From Acidobacteriota bacterium (GTDB lineage: Bacteria > Acidobacteriota > UBA6911 > RPQK01 > JAJDTT01), in assembly GCA_965217775.1 (NCBI GenBank), contig CBDCJH010000002.1, positions 896,001 to 960,000 of the forward strand: a stretch of 64,000 nucleotides of DNA. Reading direction: 5' to 3'. The position numbers and the translations under genes were made by a program. This document shows positions 60,894 to 64,000 of the stretch, in pieces. Each line of letters begins with the position of its first letter. Positions within the stretch are counted from its first letter, which is position 1. Under the pieces are notes generated by a model. It was not told the DNA's origin and ran no database searches. It saw only the letters and a program-made list of their open reading frames with translations.

Positions 60894-61697
60894 TCACCCT
60901 CGGCTCCGAACACCCTTCCGGTCGTAATCGTTGCAGATGGCCGCGAACAGGCCCGGGATGGTGGACTCCGAGGACTCGACCAACACTTGAAATCCATGCT
61001 CGCGGGCCGTCTCTGCCGTGATGGGGCCGATGGCGGCGCAGGGAACGGACCGGACTCGATCCGGGTCCGTTGCCAAATTCATCAGATGACGAACGGTAGA
61101 GGAACTGGTGAAGGTGATGAGGTCGGGTGCGCCTTGATCAAGAGCCTGCTCCAGTGCCACTCGACTCTCTTCGGGGACCACCGTGTCGTAGACGGGAACC
61201 ACTTCCACCTGAGCGCCGCGTCGGCTCAGTTCCCGGGGCAACAGGGAGCGGGCTTGGCTGGCTCTCGGAATCAGGATGCTCAGACCTTCGATCCGGTTCG
61301 AGTGACGTTCCAGAAACGCCTCCAGCACCCCCTCCGCCTGGTAGCGCGTCGGCACCAGGTGAACCTCCCAGCCGAACTGTTTTACTCGCCGGGCGGTGGC
61401 CGGTCCGATGGTGCAGATTCGAGGGGACGGGCCGTCCTTCTCGGACAAGGATGAGTCCAACGCCCGGGCCCGGGAAAGGAAGATATCGGCGCCGTTGACG
61501 CTGGTGAAGAAGAGCCAGTCGAAACGGTGGGCCCGTGAGATGCACGGATCCAGCTCCTGGTCGGGCCGGGGGACGATCTCGATGGCCGGGATCTCCACCA
61601 CGTCAGCTCCCGCCTGCCGCAGAAGACGGGAGAATTCCCCCACTTGGTTGCGGATCCGGGTCACCAGGATTCTCCGTCTTTCCAGCGGACGGCTCAT
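60894..61697 (-). CDS. hemD: Uroporphyrinogen-III synthase
   Basis: ILVTR, FTSVNG, IGPATA, VYDT, FTSSSTV, IGPITA. Confidence 0.93.
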   Translation of the reverse strand: MSRPLERRRILVTRIRNQVGEFSRLLRQAGADVVEIPAIEIVPRPDQELDPCISRAHRFDWLFFTSVNGADIFLSRARALDSSLSEKDGPSPRICTIGPATARRVKQFGWEVHLVPTRYQAEGVLEAFLERHSNRIEGLSILIPRASQARSLLPRELSRRGAQVEVVPVYDTVVPEESRVALEQALDQGAPDLITFTSSSTVRHLMNLATDPDRVRSVPCAAIGPITAETAREHGFQVLVESSESTIPGLFAAICNDYDRKGVRSRG

Positions 61698-62632
61698 ACC
61701 GGACCCCCTTCCTCCAGTTCCCGAAGGATCTCGTCGCCACCCCGGGAGAGGATGGATTCGGCCGCGTCCAGGGCCATTCGGGGAAGCTCGTCCGTGGATC
61801 CGCGGCTGCGGTGGCGGAGGGAGACAGAGCGGTATGGGCTGGCCAGAAGGGCCTGAAATTGGCCGACGCTGGAGGTGAGGGACGCATATGCTCCCATGGG
61901 GACTTGGCAGCCTCCGCCCATCCGCTCCAGAAACCGGCGTTCGGCGTCGGTGCAAACGCGGGTCTGAGTATGGTCGATGGGAGCCAGCAGCTCCCGAGTC
62001 TGCCGGTCGTCGCACCGGCATTCCACGGCCAGGGCGCCCTGGCCGATGGCGGACAGCATCTGGTCCTGGGAGAAGGTGAAGGCGATCCGGTCTTCCAGAC
62101 CGAGTCGCTTGAGGCCGGCCGCCGCCAGGACGATCCCGTCCAGTTGCTGTTCCTCCATTTTCCGGATTCGGGTCCCCACGTTCCCCCGCAGGGGAACGAT
62201 CTCCACATCGGGCCGCAGGAGCCTCAACTGGACGGTCCGCCGAAGCGAGCTGGTGCCGATCCGGCCGTTTCGTGGGATCTCTTCCGGGCATCCGATCCGG
62301 ACTGACGAGACCAGCGCATCTCTTGGGTCCTCGCGTTCGGGAATGGCGGTCAGGCAGAGCCCTTGAGGCAACTCGGAGGGCAGATCCTTGAGGCTGTGGA
62401 TCGCCAGGTCGATCTCCTCCTTCAGGAGGGCGTCCTCGATCTCCTTGACGAACATCCGCTTCACCGAGAGTCCCGAGAACTGCGGTTCGGGCCGCGGCTG
62501 GTCTCCGCTGGTTCGGATCACCCGGATCTCGGTTTCGACGCCGGGGTGGCGCCCCTCCAGCTCATGGCAGACGATCTCGGCCTGCCGCAGCGCCAGGGGG
62601 CTGCCGCGGGACCCCACGCGGATTCGTCTCAT
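61694..62632 (-). CDS. hemC: Hydroxymethylbilane synthase
   Basis: GSRGSPLAL.Q, HSLKDLP, GTSSLRR, LRGNV.TR, GGGCQVP. Confidence 0.97.
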   Translation of the reverse strand: MRRIRVGSRGSPLALRQAEIVCHELEGRHPGVETEIRVIRTSGDQPRPEPQFSGLSVKRMFVKEIEDALLKEEIDLAIHSLKDLPSELPQGLCLTAIPEREDPRDALVSSVRIGCPEEIPRNGRIGTSSLRRTVQLRLLRPDVEIVPLRGNVGTRIRKMEEQQLDGIVLAAAGLKRLGLEDRIAFTFSQDQMLSAIGQGALAVECRCDDRQTRELLAPIDHTQTRVCTDAERRFLERMGGGCQVPMGAYASLTSSVGQFQALLASPYRSVSLRHRSRGSTDELPRMALDAAESILSRGGDEILRELEEGGPV

Positions 62633-63894
62633 TCCCCTTTGTCCAGACCGAATGCCTGCTTGATCATCTGAATGTTGTGCAATCGCCGCTGCGGGTCCTG
62701 GGTCGGCGCCTTGATCTCCATGATGATGGGGTGCGCGATCCGGCGGGCCGTCTTGCGAAGAATCGTTTCCATCCTATTGGAGTCGGCGTCGGTCATTCCC
62801 TGGCGGCTCTGTTCCAGTTGAGCCAGGCAGATCTCCTCGATGCGGCCTCGGAGGCCGGCGATGAGCGGTCCCAGGTTCATGGAGGCGATGCGCTGCATGT
62901 GGCGCTCGGATTCCTGCAAGACGATCTCCTCGGCCAACTCGGCCTCGCGCCGGCGTTCCCTCAGATTGGCGCCGATCACCGACTGCAGGTCGTCGATGTC
63001 GTAGAGGAAGACGTTCTCGATCTGGTTCACCCGCGGGTCCACGTTCCTGGGGACCGCGATGTCGATGATGAACAAGGGTGCGTACTTGCGCCGGTGGACC
63101 GCTTCGTTGACGGTTTCAGGTCCCAGGACGTAGGAGTCGGAGCTGGTGGAGACCAGCAGGATGTCCGACTCGGGGAGCCGCTCCTCCAGGTCCCCCATGG
63201 GAATGGACGTCGCGCCGAACAGGGAAGCCAGTTGCCGGGACCGGGCCTGGGTCCGGCTGGCGACGAAGACTCGGGAGACCCCGGAGCGAACCAGGCTGCG
63301 GGTGGCCAGTTCGGCCATCTTGCCCGCCCCCAGGAGAAGAACCGACTTGCCCTTCAGACTCCCGAAGATCTTTCGAGCCAGCTCCACCGCCACGGAGCTC
63401 ACCGAGACCGCGGATTGGGAGATTCCGGTATCGGTCCGGACCCGTTTGGCGACTCGAAACGCCGACGGAAGCAGGGCCTTCAGCGCCGTGCCTGCGGCTC
63501 CCGACTGGCCCGACACGGCGTACGCCTGTTTCAACTGTCCCAGGATCTGGGCCTCTCCCGGAACCATGGAGTCGAGGCTGCTGGCCACCCGGAACACGTG
63601 CACGACCGCATCCTGCTCTCTCAGGGCGTACAGGTAACGTTCCAGCGAATCGGGCTCCAGCGAGTGGTAGCGGTGCAGAAAGTCCTTGAGGCCGTGGATG
63701 GTCTCTTTGTCGTCTCCACCCTGGGCCAGAATCTCGACCCGATTGCAGGTCGACAGGATCATGCTCTCCCGCAACTCGTATTCCCGCCGCAGCGTCGCCA
63801 GGGCGGACGCGACCGCTTCCTCGCGGAAGGCGACCCGTTCCCGAATCTCGATGGGAGCCGTCTTGTGGCTCAGTCCGACCAGCACAGGATGCAT
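62629..63894 (-). CDS. hemA: Glutamyl-tRNA reductase
   Basis: HKTAP, LSTCNRVE, SLDSMV.GE.QILGQ, GAGKM, DIAVPRNV. Confidence 0.98.
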   Translation of the reverse strand: MHPVLVGLSHKTAPIEIRERVAFREEAVASALATLRREYELRESMILSTCNRVEILAQGGDDKETIHGLKDFLHRYHSLEPDSLERYLYALREQDAVVHVFRVASSLDSMVPGEAQILGQLKQAYAVSGQSGAAGTALKALLPSAFRVAKRVRTDTGISQSAVSVSSVAVELARKIFGSLKGKSVLLLGAGKMAELATRSLVRSGVSRVFVASRTQARSRQLASLFGATSIPMGDLEERLPESDILLVSTSSDSYVLGPETVNEAVHRRKYAPLFIIDIAVPRNVDPRVNQIENVFLYDIDDLQSVIGANLRERRREAELAEEIVLQESERHMQRIASMNLGPLIAGLRGRIEEICLAQLEQSRQGMTDADSNRMETILRKTARRIAHPIIMEIKAPTQDPQRRLHNIQMIKQAFGLDKGE

Positions 63895-64000
63895 GTTCGA
63901 GATCTCTCCGCTCCGCTATTGGAGGGGAATCGTGGGGCCAGGAGCCTGCGCCGCAGAAATTGATCTACTGCGAAAGTGGTAGAATCGGTCCATATTTCCT

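Overview
GC-rich bacterial chromosome segment. The gene content (PSD1/DUF1501 pair, VWA proteins, LRR and Sel1 proteins) suggests an Acidobacteriota-like, possibly host-associated organism; this is inference only. Housekeeping blocks are selA, purH-coaX, comEC, gcvT-H-PA-PB and hemA-C-D. Between them lie accessory regions: (i) 1-16 kb, with a tRNA 3'-fragment att scar, a group II intron 3' remnant, a 1.4k-aa LRR/metallopeptidase surface protein, a Sel1-TonB fusion, tyrosine-recombinase remnants and a complete ISAs1 with a DUF4338-fused transposase; (ii) 26-31.5 kb, a REP cluster hit by both an IS4 and an IS110, followed by an integrase-less islet between 321-bp duplications of a DUF4416 gene end; (iii) 55-61 kb, a toxin-antitoxin-rich island with a 617-bp direct repeat and four copies of a 158-bp MITE. 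Two signals stand out. First, the IS110 left end encodes a bridge RNA whose four guide segments can be matched by eye to the REP target and to the element's own circle junction (CC core). Second, the MITE adds exactly 162 bp including its 4-bp TSD, is stop-free in all three frames of one strand, and has inserted in-frame into a nucleotidyltransferase toxin gene. All product calls come from motif recognition; no database search was run.
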